Assembly (NCBI GenBank): GCA_937906475.1
Contig: CALCZA010000113.1
Coordinates: 12,980-76,979, forward strand
Direction: 5' to 3'
From: an uncultured bacterium
Lineage (GTDB): Bacteria; Planctomycetota; UBA1135; UBA2386
DNA: 64,000 bases
The notes beneath the pieces were generated by a model, which had not been told where the DNA came from, searched no databases, and saw only the letters and a program-made list of their open reading frames with translations. Position 1 is the stretch's first letter. Each line of letters opens with the position of its first letter. Positions 45,876 through 55,518 of this stretch are shown one piece after another. The position numbers were made by a program, and so were the translations under genes.

Positions 45876-47311
45876 TACTTGCCACCCCCCAAGGGGATTG
45901 GCAAGAACTGGAACAGGCGCAGCGTGCGTTCGCCACCCTCGTCTTGTTCGTAGTTGAACAGGAACGGCATGCTCGCCGTGGTGCCGTCCTGGCGCGAGCG
46001 ATGCGTGTAGACGCGGCCAACGACATCGACCGCATGATCATCCTTGCTGCGCTGCACGCCACGTGCGAGTTCCCAAAGGAAGCCGTAGGCCTCGTGCAGG
46101 CCGTAGGTCAGACCCTTGTGGCCGAACAACGGCGACAACAGGCTCCAGTCGGCCGTCACGGTCTCACCGTTCTTGTCCGTTAGTTCGTCCTGATGATAGA
46201 GCGGCCACAGCGACAGGTAGCGTTCCTTCGAGCCGTCCTCGTTGTCCTTGGCGATGCGCGAAAAGAACGGCACGATAGTTTGTTGTTCGTGCGTGCCTTC
46301 CGGATCGCTGTAGTGACGCCACCAGATGAATGGCCACAGTGCGGTCCACGAATCTTGGTCGTCACTAACGACGCGACTGAAGAACGGCCAGACCCACCAG
46401 GCGGTGACGTTGTCTTCGAGCGCGTTGTGGTAGTAGCGGTAGATCGGCCACAGCACGTTGAGCGCGACAAACTGATCGCGCATCGTCGTCGAACTGAAGA
46501 ACGGCCATAGCGCGGTCCAGCCGTTGACCGCCGGACCGTTGCGCCAACCGAAGAACGGCCACATGAAGAACGAACTCACCGGTCCGGACTTCGCGTCGAG
46601 GTTTTCATCGCTCCACGAGAAGAATGGCCACAGGGCAAATCGTCGGTCGCTCTGGCCTTCTTCGATGTCGTGGCCGTAGAACGGCAGTACGCGAAACCAG
46701 CTGTGCGTTCCTTCGGCGCAGTCACTCCAACCGATCAGCGGCCACAGCGCGAGTTGGTGGTAGTGATCGTTCTTCTCGAGCCCAACCCACAGCGGAAACA
46801 GCACCGTGCGGAAGCGCCGGTAGCTGAGGAACTCGGGGATGTCGGCGTAGAACGGCAACACCGCGAAGTAGTTCTCGTCGTCCTCTGCGTTCGACCCGCC
46901 CCAAATGAACGGGAACAGCAGATACCAATCGTTGTCCCACTTGCCGTTTTCGTCCTCTGCCGTGCGCCAACTCCACAGCGGGAACAGGCGCGCGTGGGTC
47001 TGCTTCTCGTAGGACTGCACGCGCCCAAACGGCCACAAGAACTGATGATCGACGGACGCGTCTTCGGGCAGTTCGGGCGATGGTTGGGTGACCCGCCGGT
47101 AGAGCGGCCGGATGCGGAAGTCATCGCCGCCGTCGGCGGTCTGCTCGTAGTGCAGGATCGGCCACGCCGCGTCCCACTCCAGCATGTTGCCTTCGGCATC
47201 CATGCGGTGGAACCAGACCGGAGTCAGATTCAGCTCGCGGGGCATCAGCGAGCACGAGCTAGTCAGTATGACTAGCAGGAAGGCGACTAGGTATCGGCTC
47301 GGGCGCACCAT
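45875..47311 (-). CDS. Lipoprotein built from about 18-20 tandem ~20-aa repeats with an [LVM][WFL]P[FLI][FYIW] core; unknown family
   Basis: Signal plus lipobox-like LVILTSSC. Repeats read directly include LWPFGRV, LFPLWSW, LFPFIWG, VLPFYAD, LFPLWVG, LWPLIGW, VLPFYGH, LWPFFSW, MWPFFGW, LWPFFSS, LWPIYRY, VWPFFSR, LWPFIWW, IVPFFSR and LWPLYHQ. Its stop overlaps the mlaE start (TAATG). Confidence 0.7.
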   Translation of the reverse strand: MVRPSRYLVAFLLVILTSSCSLMPRELNLTPVWFHRMDAEGNMLEWDAAWPILHYEQTADGGDDFRIRPLYRRVTQPSPELPEDASVDHQFLWPFGRVQSYEKQTHARLFPLWSWRTAEDENGKWDNDWYLLFPFIWGGSNAEDDENYFAVLPFYADIPEFLSYRRFRTVLFPLWVGLEKNDHYHQLALWPLIGWSDCAEGTHSWFRVLPFYGHDIEEGQSDRRFALWPFFSWSDENLDAKSGPVSSFFMWPFFGWRNGPAVNGWTALWPFFSSTTMRDQFVALNVLWPIYRYYHNALEDNVTAWWVWPFFSRVVSDDQDSWTALWPFIWWRHYSDPEGTHEQQTIVPFFSRIAKDNEDGSKERYLSLWPLYHQDELTDKNGETVTADWSLLSPLFGHKGLTYGLHEAYGFLWELARGVQRSKDDHAVDVVGRVYTHRSRQDGTTASMPFLFNYEQDEGGERTLRLFQFLPIPLGGGK

Positions 47312-47668
47312 GCGGGTGTCAGGAGGATGCCAGAGATGGGAGGGGGCCGCACGTGAGAAACGGCGCGCGGCGTCGGTGATGCTGGCGATTCGGCAAACGG
47401 TGAGCGGTAGCGCAGGTCGTGTGTGGGTGTGGCGGGGGAATCTTGGTGTTGTGCCGATGCGCTTCCGGTTGTGGGCCTACGGCCTAGTGGCGTCAGTCTC
47501 TCCTGCGATGCGACCCTGACGAACATGGCCGAGGTGGCATGCCAACAGGTCTGCCAGGCCCGTGTGAGGGCAATCTGTTCGGTCGACAAGGGCCGCCGTG
47601 GCATCAGCGGGCAACGAAGCCGCACACGAACAGTTCGCACCACGCCGCTGCCACGCTACAACGTGTGC

Positions 47669-48655
47669 ATGGTTCGAACTTTGTCCGGTATCCAGCCGAC
47701 CGGCAATCTGCACATCGGCAATTACCTCGGCGCCTTGGTCAACTGGGTCAAGCTGCAGGAAGAATACGACGCATACTTCTGCGTCGTCGACATGCACGCG
47801 CTGACCCAGCGCCCCGACCCCGAGGTGCTGCGTCAGGCCGTTCGCGAACTTGCGATCGGCGTGCTGGCAAGCGGCGTCGACCCAGAGCGCGCGACGCTGT
47901 TCGTGCAGTCTCAGGTGCCGCAGCATGCCGAATTAGCGTGGGTGATGATGTGTTTGACGCCGCTCGGCGACCTGAACCGCATGACGCAGTTCAAGGACAA
48001 GAGCACCCAGCAGCCGGACAATATCAACGCGGGACTGTTTACCTATCCGGTGCTGCAGACGGCCGATATCGCGCTGTATCGCCCCGAAGCGGTGCCTGTA
48101 GGCGAGGACCAGGACCAGCACCTTGAACTCGCGCGCGAGACCATTCGTCGCTTCAACTTTACCTACGGCGGTGACGTGTTCCCTGAGCCGAAGACCGTCA
48201 AGAGCCTGGCGCCGCGCGTCATGGGGCTCGATGGTCAGAGCAAGATGTCGAAGTCGAAGAACAACGAGATTGGCTTGTTCGAGACCGAAGCCGAGACTTG
48301 GAAGAAGCTCAAAGGTGCGAAGACGGATCCGGCGCGTGAGCGCCGCAGTGATCCGGGGACGCCTGAAGTCTGCAACATCTACAGCTACCACGGCTTCTTC
48401 TCGACGGACGAGCAGCGTGCGGAATTGGCCGAAGGCTGCCGCAAGGCGACGCTTGGCTGTGTGGACTGCAAGAAGATGCTCGGCACTAATATGGAGTCCG
48501 TGAAAGGCCCGATCCGCGAACGTGCGGCAGATCTTCGCAGCAAGCCGGGCGAACTCGATCAGATTTTGGCCGCCGGAGCCGAGAAGGCGCGCCGTACTGC
48601 GGAAGAGACCATGGTCATGGTTCGGGATCGAATTGGTTTGGCAGGAGGTAAGTAA
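47669..48655 (+). CDS. trpS: Tryptophan--tRNA ligase
   Basis: The start at 47669 gives MVRTLSGIQPTGNLHIGNYLG (HIGH-type motif). KMSKS is present. The listed upstream 82 aa are not protein-like. Confidence 0.9.
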   Translation: MVRTLSGIQPTGNLHIGNYLGALVNWVKLQEEYDAYFCVVDMHALTQRPDPEVLRQAVRELAIGVLASGVDPERATLFVQSQVPQHAELAWVMMCLTPLGDLNRMTQFKDKSTQQPDNINAGLFTYPVLQTADIALYRPEAVPVGEDQDQHLELARETIRRFNFTYGGDVFPEPKTVKSLAPRVMGLDGQSKMSKSKNNEIGLFETEAETWKKLKGAKTDPARERRSDPGTPEVCNIYSYHGFFSTDEQRAELAEGCRKATLGCVDCKKMLGTNMESVKGPIRERAADLRSKPGELDQILAAGAEKARRTAEETMVMVRDRIGLAGGK

Positions 48656-49188
48656 TGATGAATGCGACGAGGCGGACCGCAGTAGTTGCGATGGTTGTGT
48701 TGGGCATGGGCTTGTCGGGATGCGGCGGTGCGCCGGCGACTTCCGAACAGCGGCGAATGGCTGAACGTCAGTTAGTGCTGCCGTTTCTGCAGAACACCGA
48801 AGTTGCGTGTGCTGAACTCGAGGTCGACATCACGCCGAACTTCCACCTGCACATTGGCGTTCCTGGCACCCACCCGCGCCTGCATCGCTTCGACAAAGAG
48901 GACAAGCAGGCGCTGGTTGAGAAAACTTGGCGCAACATCCTGGGCAGCCGGCCGGGCTGGTTCACCGTGACCATCTCCGAACCGAAGGACGAAACCGATG
49001 TGTCGGGCACGCCGACGCCGCGCACGACCTACACCGTCACGCACCAGTTCACGCTGCGTACTCACGAGCGGGCGGCAATGACGTTGTCCGCTCGCGCGAC
49101 CGGGCCGGTCGTTATTGTGCGCGAAGCTGGCGGTAAGCCTCGCGATGCTCAGGAGTTTGCGATCGTCAACGGTGTCGTGAAGAAGTGA
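48655..49188 (+). CDS. Hypothetical lipoprotein
   Basis: Lipobox GLSGC (VVLGMGLSGCGGAP). The start overlaps the trpS stop (TAATG). Confidence 0.5.
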   Translation: MMNATRRTAVVAMVVLGMGLSGCGGAPATSEQRRMAERQLVLPFLQNTEVACAELEVDITPNFHLHIGVPGTHPRLHRFDKEDKQALVEKTWRNILGSRPGWFTVTISEPKDETDVSGTPTPRTTYTVTHQFTLRTHERAAMTLSARATGPVVIVREAGGKPRDAQEFAIVNGVVKK

Positions 49189-50282
49189 TGCGCCGCCGTC
49201 TGTATTCCCTGAGCCTGTATCCGTTGGTGCTTCTGTCGGCATCGTGCGAGGCGTTGCAGGGCGGGGGTAGCGCTACCGAGACCAGCTATTCGGAGTGTGC
49301 CGACGCCGAAGCTCTGGCGGCGTGGAGTCGTGCGAAGCTGCTCGTCGGGTTGGCGCGGGATGAGGAGGCCTTGCCGCTGCTAGAACTCGTGACGAGCAAG
49401 TGCCCCGAGTTGTTGCGTGCCCACATGGCCTACCAAGACGCTGCGAAGCGCTTAGGTGGCGAGCACCATCAGGCGATGGTCGACTTTTACGTAAAGGCTC
49501 CGGAACGCGCGCCAGGCGACCGTTCGCCCGTGCCTGCCTATTTGCGCGCGCGTCTGGCTGAAACCGCGTATGCGCAATCGAATGCGCTCGATCAGATCTT
49601 GGCCAGTCACCCGACGTTTGCGTGGGGTTACTTGTCACGAGGCCGCGTCAATCGTGGCCAAGGCCGCCTTTCTGAGGCGCTGCAGAACTACGATAAGGCG
49701 ATTGCGAACGATGCTGGGTTGCTGGAGGCGCGTCTTGAGCGTGCCCAGGTGCTGACCGAACTCGGCCGCGATGAAGAGTCTGCCGTTGAGTACAAGACCT
49801 ACGTTCGTCAGACGCCGAGCGATTCGGTTGCGGTGCGCGAGTACATCACGCTGCTGCTCTATCGGTTGGGGCGAATTGATGAGGCGTTGCTGTATCTCGA
49901 CCTACTGGAACAGCGTGGGGAGAAGTCGTTGTCGCTGCGTATGGATCGAGCCGCAGCGCTATGGCGCGCCAATCAATCGCAGGCCGCTGTGGAGATCTAC
50001 CTAGAGATCCTGGCCGCTGAGCCAGCGAATGCCCGCGCCGCGCTGAACATCGGATTGCTTTACTACGAGATCGTGCCGCAGGATGAGGCAGCCAAGCTGC
50101 GGTTCTGGCCGAAGGCGCGGGCGGCGTTCGAGTTATTCCTGCAGGGTAGCGTGCCGATTGATGGGCATGAGCAGTTTGAGCGATCGTGGGCGGTGCCATA
50201 TCGCTTGCGGCGCATCGGCGAGTTGCTCGGCCCGTCGCCGGCTGGAGCCAAGCTCCAAGACTTGTCCTGGCCCGCCAACTAG
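49185..50282 (+). CDS. TPR-repeat protein, probable lipoprotein
   Basis: N-terminal LLSASC. Multiple 34-aa TPR-like units (for example GRLSEALQNYDKAIANDAGLLEARLERAQVL). It overlaps the upstream gene by 4 nt. Confidence 0.65.
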   Translation: MMRRRLYSLSLYPLVLLSASCEALQGGGSATETSYSECADAEALAAWSRAKLLVGLARDEEALPLLELVTSKCPELLRAHMAYQDAAKRLGGEHHQAMVDFYVKAPERAPGDRSPVPAYLRARLAETAYAQSNALDQILASHPTFAWGYLSRGRVNRGQGRLSEALQNYDKAIANDAGLLEARLERAQVLTELGRDEESAVEYKTYVRQTPSDSVAVREYITLLLYRLGRIDEALLYLDLLEQRGEKSLSLRMDRAAALWRANQSQAAVEIYLEILAAEPANARAALNIGLLYYEIVPQDEAAKLRFWPKARAAFELFLQGSVPIDGHEQFERSWAVPYRLRRIGELLGPSPAGAKLQDLSWPAN

Positions 50283-50319
50283 CCAACTCGTTCGGCTGCC
50301 TAGTCTTCGCCGGGCGCTA

Positions 50320-51063
50320 CTAGCTCTTTGCAGAGTTGCGGGCATCGTCCGCGACTCCGAACTGTGCGAGTTGTGGCAGCAAGCGGTTCCAGTCTGCGAT
50401 CGCCAGCGCGTCTTCGCGGCGGCCCGGTTGCACCAACCGGAAGCGCGGCGAGTCAATTTTGGCGATCGTGATCTGGCCACCGTGGTGTTGGACTAGCAGG
50501 TTGCGTAGATCGAGGTTGCGATCGCGAAATCCGCGCTCGTGAAGGGCGACCACGAAGGCTCCGATCGCTGCTGCTAGATCACGCTGCGTGCTCGCGTCGG
50601 AGGTCGGGAGAATTTGGTCCGCGGCTTCGCCATCGAATGCTGTTGTGATGAGGGTGGCCCGCCGGAGAAATCCTAGTCGTCGCGATTCGAAGCATGCGAG
50701 AGGCTCAGGAGCTGCGAAGCCGTGGGTGCGGAGCCACGTGAGCGCGGCCCACTCTCGAGCCGCCCGCGAGCGCCGCCATGGCGCCGTCCACTTGGCCCAG
50801 TTGCCGAATCTTTCGCCCCAAGATGTGTACTCATAAGTTTTTATGAACAATTCAGACGCGTTTGCGGAGACTCGCCTAACCCAGGAACTGCGGTGGTCGA
50901 CCACTATTTCGCCGGTGTCACGGTCGCTTAGGGCCACCGAGTCAGGTAACTCGGTGGCAAGGGACGCCCAATTCGCAGAAGCGAATACTAGCGTTGGAGG
51001 TTGGTGGACTCTTGCTGACACAGTGCTCGCAACAGTATATTCTAACGTGACTTGATGCATCAC
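50320..51063 (-). CDS. Lipopolysaccharide kinase (Kdo/WaaP) family protein
   Basis: 247 aa with ELFIKTYEY, REWAALTWLRTHGFAAPEP, TLITTAF and LHERGFRDRNLDLRNLLV. This is an atypical-kinase layout of the LPS-kinase family. The call is by resemblance. Confidence 0.55.
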   Translation of the reverse strand: MMHQVTLEYTVASTVSARVHQPPTLVFASANWASLATELPDSVALSDRDTGEIVVDHRSSWVRRVSANASELFIKTYEYTSWGERFGNWAKWTAPWRRSRAAREWAALTWLRTHGFAAPEPLACFESRRLGFLRRATLITTAFDGEAADQILPTSDASTQRDLAAAIGAFVVALHERGFRDRNLDLRNLLVQHHGGQITIAKIDSPRFRLVQPGRREDALAIADWNRLLPQLAQFGVADDARNSAKS

Positions 51064-51113
51064 GCGCCACCGCGGCGGTGTGCGTGCTTACTACCCCCGC
51101 CCAGGAGTCGCAG

Positions 51114-51503
51114 TTGAAAACCGTCACAAAGAAGGAGTTGGTCCATCGCATTGCGGAACAGACCGGCGTTACCAAGGTCGTGGCTAAAGACGTTATCCAA
51201 GCGTTCTTGAACTCGATCATCGAAGAACTCGCAGATGGCAATCGATTGGAGTTCCGCGAGTTCGGCGTTTTTGAGTCGCGTGAACGCGCGGCACGATTGG
51301 CGCAGAACCCACGAACCCTTGAGAAAGTCCCGGTGCCTGCAAAGCGCATCGTGAAGTTCAAGGTGGGCCGTCTGATGCGCAAGAAGGTGTCGGGAGAAGA
51401 CGTCGGCGATCTAAGTCTCGACGATGACGACTCGACGAAAAAGGCACCCGTAATTCAGCCCGTGGCAACCGGCAACGCCGGTGAAGTCACCGAGATGTCG
51501 TAA
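51114..51503 (+). CDS. HU/IHF-family DNA-binding protein with an acidic C-terminal extension
   Basis: KTVTKKELVHRIAEQTGVTKVVAKDVIQAF...GNRLEFREFGVFESRERAARLAQNPRTLEKVPVPAKRIVKFKVG. The likely start is TTG at 51114, 5 nt after AGGAG (51104-51108). The listed ATG is at 51078. Confidence 0.8.
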   Translation: MKTVTKKELVHRIAEQTGVTKVVAKDVIQAFLNSIIEELADGNRLEFREFGVFESRERAARLAQNPRTLEKVPVPAKRIVKFKVGRLMRKKVSGEDVGDLSLDDDDSTKKAPVIQPVATGNAGEVTEMS

Positions 51504-51530
51504 CACCAAAGGCAACCGATTGACTGCCTG

Positions 51531-51565
51531 CTTCGCGCAACCATCCTGGGCGGGTGTGCGCGAAG
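51531..51565. terminator. Candidate bidirectional hairpin between the convergent HU-like and PLP-enzyme genes
   Basis: 9-bp stem CTTCGCGCA / TGCGCGAAG (51531-51539 / 51557-51565) with a 17-nt loop. There is no strong U-tract. Confidence 0.3.
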
Positions 51566-51609
51566 TCGGTCTGGACAATCAGCAACGCTTGGACGTTGCT
51601 CTTTGCCTG

Positions 51610-52776
51610 CTAGGTGATTGCTCGCGCAATTGCCTGGTCGAGGTCGGCGATCAAGTCCTCGCCGTCTTCAACACCAACTGAGAGTCGGATCAAGCCGTCT
51701 TCGAGTCCAGCGGCTCGCCGCTCTTTTGCTGGGATCGTAGCATGCGTCATCGACGCGGGGTGATCGACCAGACTCTCGACGCCGCCGAGGCTTTCGGCCA
51801 GTGAGAACACTCCGAATGAGCTGCATACCTGCTTGGCTTGTTCGACGCTTGCCTTGAGTTCGACGGACACCATGCCGCCGCCCTTGCGCATCTGGCGCTT
51901 GACCAACTCGTGCTGTGGGTGGCTCTCGAGTCCGGGGTAAATGACCCGGGCGACCTTGTCGTGTGCCGACAGGTGCTCGGCGACGCGCATGGCGTTCTCG
52001 CAATGGCGGTCCATGCGCACATGTAGCGTTTTGGTGCCGCGTAGGACCAGGAATGCGTCCATTGGGCCTGGCGTGCCGCCGCAGGTGTTTTGGAAGTGCA
52101 TGAGTTTCTCATGCAGTTCCTGGTCGTTACTGAGCAGCGCGCCGCCGACAACATCACTGTGACCGCCGAGGTATTTCGTGGTTGAGTGCGCGACGATGTC
52201 ACAACCGAGCGCGAGTGGTGTTTGCAGGTATGGCGTGGCGAACGTGTTGTCCGCCATCGTCAGCACGCCCTTCTTCTTAGCGATGTCAGCAATCGCTTCG
52301 AGGTCGCAGCAACGCAGCAGTGGGTTGGTTGGCGTTTCGAGCATCACCAACTTGGTGTTTGGCTGGAATGCCGCCTCGAGTTGCTTCAGGTCCGTCATGT
52401 CGACGAACGTCGTCTTCAATCCGAACTTCGTGTAGAGCGTTTGCAGCAGTCGGTAGGTGCCACCGTAGAGGTCGTTGCCGGCGATGACGTGATCGCCAGA
52501 CTGCAGCAGGTTGAGCACGCAGTGGATGGCGGCCATGCCACTCGCGAAGCACAGGCCGTGCTTGCCGCCTTCGAGCGCGGCAAGATTGCCTTCTAGCGCC
52601 GTGCGGGTTGGGTTGTGTGACCGTGAGTAGTCGTAGCCCTGGTTGACGCCAGGGGCTTCCTGCACATACGTGCTGGTCATGTAAACAGGCGTCATGATGG
52701 CGCCAGTTGTGGGGTCGGGGGATTGGCCGGCGTGGATTGCGTTCGTGCCGAAGCCAGGGGTGCGGTCGCTGTTCAT
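51610..52776 (-). CDS. Cys/Met-metabolism PLP-dependent enzyme (cystathionine gamma-synthase/gamma-lyase/beta-lyase class)
   Basis: The start at 52776 gives MNSDRTPGFGTNAIHAGQ. The PLP-lysine region is AHSTTKYLGGHSD. YSRSHNPTR is also present. Exact specificity cannot be determined by eye. Confidence 0.85.
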   Translation of the reverse strand: MNSDRTPGFGTNAIHAGQSPDPTTGAIMTPVYMTSTYVQEAPGVNQGYDYSRSHNPTRTALEGNLAALEGGKHGLCFASGMAAIHCVLNLLQSGDHVIAGNDLYGGTYRLLQTLYTKFGLKTTFVDMTDLKQLEAAFQPNTKLVMLETPTNPLLRCCDLEAIADIAKKKGVLTMADNTFATPYLQTPLALGCDIVAHSTTKYLGGHSDVVGGALLSNDQELHEKLMHFQNTCGGTPGPMDAFLVLRGTKTLHVRMDRHCENAMRVAEHLSAHDKVARVIYPGLESHPQHELVKRQMRKGGGMVSVELKASVEQAKQVCSSFGVFSLAESLGGVESLVDHPASMTHATIPAKERRAAGLEDGLIRLSVGVEDGEDLIADLDQAIARAIT

Positions 52777-52827
52777 TCGGCGCGCGAGTTTACAAGTCAG
52801 CGCGATTCGGCAACATGGCACACATCA

Positions 52828-54894
52828 ATGTCTGAGTCTTCTTCCTCATTTGATGGCGACGCGCTCGAGTTCCAAGTCGTTCGATCGTTGCTGACCAAGC
52901 GTCTGATCACGCCGCTCGGCCGTACCGCTGTGGACGGGTTACAGGCGTGCGCAACGGCCGAAGAGGCTGTTGAGCAACTCGAAGCGACCGCCGCGATGGC
53001 GCAGCGAATCATCGACCAAAGCCTGTTGCCGTTGAGCGGGGCGGTCGAGGTGAGGTCCTGGCTCGGCCGATTTTTTGCCGGTGAGCACTCTTTTCTTGCT
53101 CGAGATGCGGCCGACCTGAAACGGGTCCTGCGCACTGCCGATCGCTGTCGGTTGTGGTGCGGGGCGGGGGAGGCAGCATTGAGCCGCGTCGCGCAGGGTG
53201 TTCCGGACCTTGCGCACTTGGTGGAGGAGCTGGAACGGGTCATCGACGACCGCGGCGAGGTGATGGACTCGGCGTCGTCGAAGCTTGCCCAGATCCGCCG
53301 TAACATCGAGCAGCACAAACGGGCCGTCGACAACGCGATGGCCGGCGTTTTGACCAATGCGGACATCCGCCGCTGCCTGCAGGCTCCGGAACCTTCGTGG
53401 CGCCACGGCCGGCCCGTGTTGCAGGTCAAGGTCGATAACCGCGGCCGGGTTCGCGGCGTGCTGCACGACCGCAGCGCCTCGGGCGCCACGCTGTTTGTCG
53501 AGCCAGACGCCGTGGTCGAGGTCGCCAATCGCCTGTCAGATGAGCAGGCGGCCGAAAGCCGAGAGATCAACGTCGTGCTCGCCGGCGCGGCGCGCGGCCT
53601 GCGGCGGTTTGCGGTCGAGATCGAGGCATGCGTCGAGTTTGTTGCGCGCGCCGATCTGCTGCAGGCGAAGGCGCGGTTGGTGACCGAGGATGGTTATGTC
53701 GTGCCGAAAGTAGCCAAGAACGGCCGAATGCGACTGCGTGGTGCGCGCCACCCGTTGCTGCTGCAGATGCATGACAAAGCGGATATCGTGCCGCTCGACA
53801 TTGCTCTCGGCGATCCGCATCACCTGGTGGTCGTGACCGGCCCGAACACCGGCGGCAAGACCGTGGTCTTGAAGACGGTAGGGTTGCTGTCGCTGATGGC
53901 GATTAGCGGCGTGCCGATCCCCGCCGATGTCGGCGCCGAGGTGCCGTTCCTCCGCTCCATCCATGCCGATATCGGCGATGAACAGGCGATTGCGCAGAAC
54001 TTATCGACGTTTAGCTCACACGTGCAGCGCATTGCTCGCTGCGTGTCAGAGGCCGCGCCCGACACGCTGGTGTTGCTTGATGAACTCGGCGCTGGCACCG
54101 ATCCCGAAGAAGGCGCTGTGCTTGGCTACGCCGTGCTTGAAGCGCTGGTCAAAGCCAACGTGTTCGCGGTCGTGACCACACACCTCGGCCGGTTGAAGGA
54201 CTTCGCCTACCAACATCAGGGTGCGGAGAATGGCTCGATGGCATTCGACGGCGAGACGCTGCGGCCGCTCTACCGGTTAGATCTCGGGATTCCTGGAAAC
54301 AGCCATGCGCTCGATATTGCGTCTCGCGTGGGCATGCCGAAGAGCATCGTCGCTCGAGCTCGGGAGTTGCTCGGCAAGCGGGACCAGACCTTGGACAATT
54401 TGATCCAACGGGTTCAGGTCGCCCGCCGCGATGCCGAGGCCGACCGCCAGGCCACCGCCGACCGTTCGCGTCAGGTCACCCAGCAGCACACGGACCTCGA
54501 AGAGCGCCTCGCCCAAGCGGTTCGAAAGGAGAACTGGCTGCAAGAAGAGGCCGACGGTGTTGTCGAGGCTGAGCTTCGAAGGGCGCATGCCTCTATGGAT
54601 AAGTCGCTAACGGCTTTGACGCAGGCTCCGGGTCAGCACGGGGAGCGCGCCCGCGAGCTAAAGAAGGTCGTTGATGGCCTATTGAAGGATGCGGCCCTGC
54701 ACCGGCGCCGTATGGCTTTCTGCCACGGTTTGAAGAAGGGCGATCAGGTATTTCTTCCGCGGTGGGGCCGCCTGTGCAAGGTCCACAAGATCGACAAGGT
54801 GCGTGAGATCGCGTTTGTCGATTACGGCAAGGTTCGCATGGAAGTGCCCTACGAGGACGTTTCTTGGCTGCAACCGCTGGATCCGACCAAGTAA
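52828..54894 (+). CDS. mutS2: MutS2-family protein lacking a C-terminal Smr domain
   Basis: The start at 52828 gives MSESSSSFDGDALEF. Walker A GPNTGGKT and DELGAGTDP are present. A long coiled region leads to a KOW-like end, GDQVFLPRWGRLCKVHKIDKVREIAFVDYGKVRMEVPYEDV, and the stop follows. Confidence 0.8.
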   Translation: MSESSSSFDGDALEFQVVRSLLTKRLITPLGRTAVDGLQACATAEEAVEQLEATAAMAQRIIDQSLLPLSGAVEVRSWLGRFFAGEHSFLARDAADLKRVLRTADRCRLWCGAGEAALSRVAQGVPDLAHLVEELERVIDDRGEVMDSASSKLAQIRRNIEQHKRAVDNAMAGVLTNADIRRCLQAPEPSWRHGRPVLQVKVDNRGRVRGVLHDRSASGATLFVEPDAVVEVANRLSDEQAAESREINVVLAGAARGLRRFAVEIEACVEFVARADLLQAKARLVTEDGYVVPKVAKNGRMRLRGARHPLLLQMHDKADIVPLDIALGDPHHLVVVTGPNTGGKTVVLKTVGLLSLMAISGVPIPADVGAEVPFLRSIHADIGDEQAIAQNLSTFSSHVQRIARCVSEAAPDTLVLLDELGAGTDPEEGAVLGYAVLEALVKANVFAVVTTHLGRLKDFAYQHQGAENGSMAFDGETLRPLYRLDLGIPGNSHALDIASRVGMPKSIVARARELLGKRDQTLDNLIQRVQVARRDAEADRQATADRSRQVTQQHTDLEERLAQAVRKENWLQEEADGVVEAELRRAHASMDKSLTALTQAPGQHGERARELKKVVDGLLKDAALHRRRMAFCHGLKKGDQVFLPRWGRLCKVHKIDKVREIAFVDYGKVRMEVPYEDVSWLQPLDPTK

Positions 54895-54924
54895 GCGTCT
54901 GTTGCCGGAGCGGGTTGGCTGCTA

Positions 54925-55338
54925 GTGTTCCGATCCATGACGGTGTTGATCGCCGATAATGACCGGGCCGTTGGCGGCTTGCTGGCTGAGGTCTTGGCCC
55001 AATCTGGCCTCACTACATGTAGCGCGTTCGACGGCCAGGAAGCCAGTCGCATGGCTCGATGTGCGGAGGTCCGGGTGTTGGTCTGCGACCTCGACATGCC
55101 TGGCATGTCCGGCTTGGAAGTGCTTGAGTCGTTACGGGATCTGCCTCATCCGCCTAAGTCCGTGGTCATCTCGGGTTACCTTGACGAGAAGATTGAGCAG
55201 TACTTGCGCGCGCTGCCATTTGTTCAAGAGGTGATGCGGAAGCCCTTTGACCTGTTGGTCTTTGCTGCAGTCGTGCGGCGGCTTGCTGATGCGGAGCCAA
55301 AGTTGAGCGGTGGCGGCCAGATCGCGGCCGAGCACTAG
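54925..55338 (+). CDS. Stand-alone response-regulator receiver domain protein
   Basis: VLIADND ... VLVCDLDMPGMSGLEVL ... VVISGY ... KPF is a CheY-like receiver pattern. An alternative ATG start is at 54937. Confidence 0.75.
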   Translation: MFRSMTVLIADNDRAVGGLLAEVLAQSGLTTCSAFDGQEASRMARCAEVRVLVCDLDMPGMSGLEVLESLRDLPHPPKSVVISGYLDEKIEQYLRALPFVQEVMRKPFDLLVFAAVVRRLADAEPKLSGGGQIAAEH

Positions 55339-55518
55339 CAAAACTGCGGACGTGGCCGTGTTAGCGGAGTTGGGATGCCGCATTCGAGGCCGTCTGTGAC
55401 CTGTGCCGAGAGCCGGGCGGGCAACTTGCTGCGATGAGCGCAAAAAATGCTCCTTGCCAAGCTTGCACAACTTATGGGCGTCGGTATCGTGCTCCGTCCT
55501 TTCCGCAGTAGCTACCCT

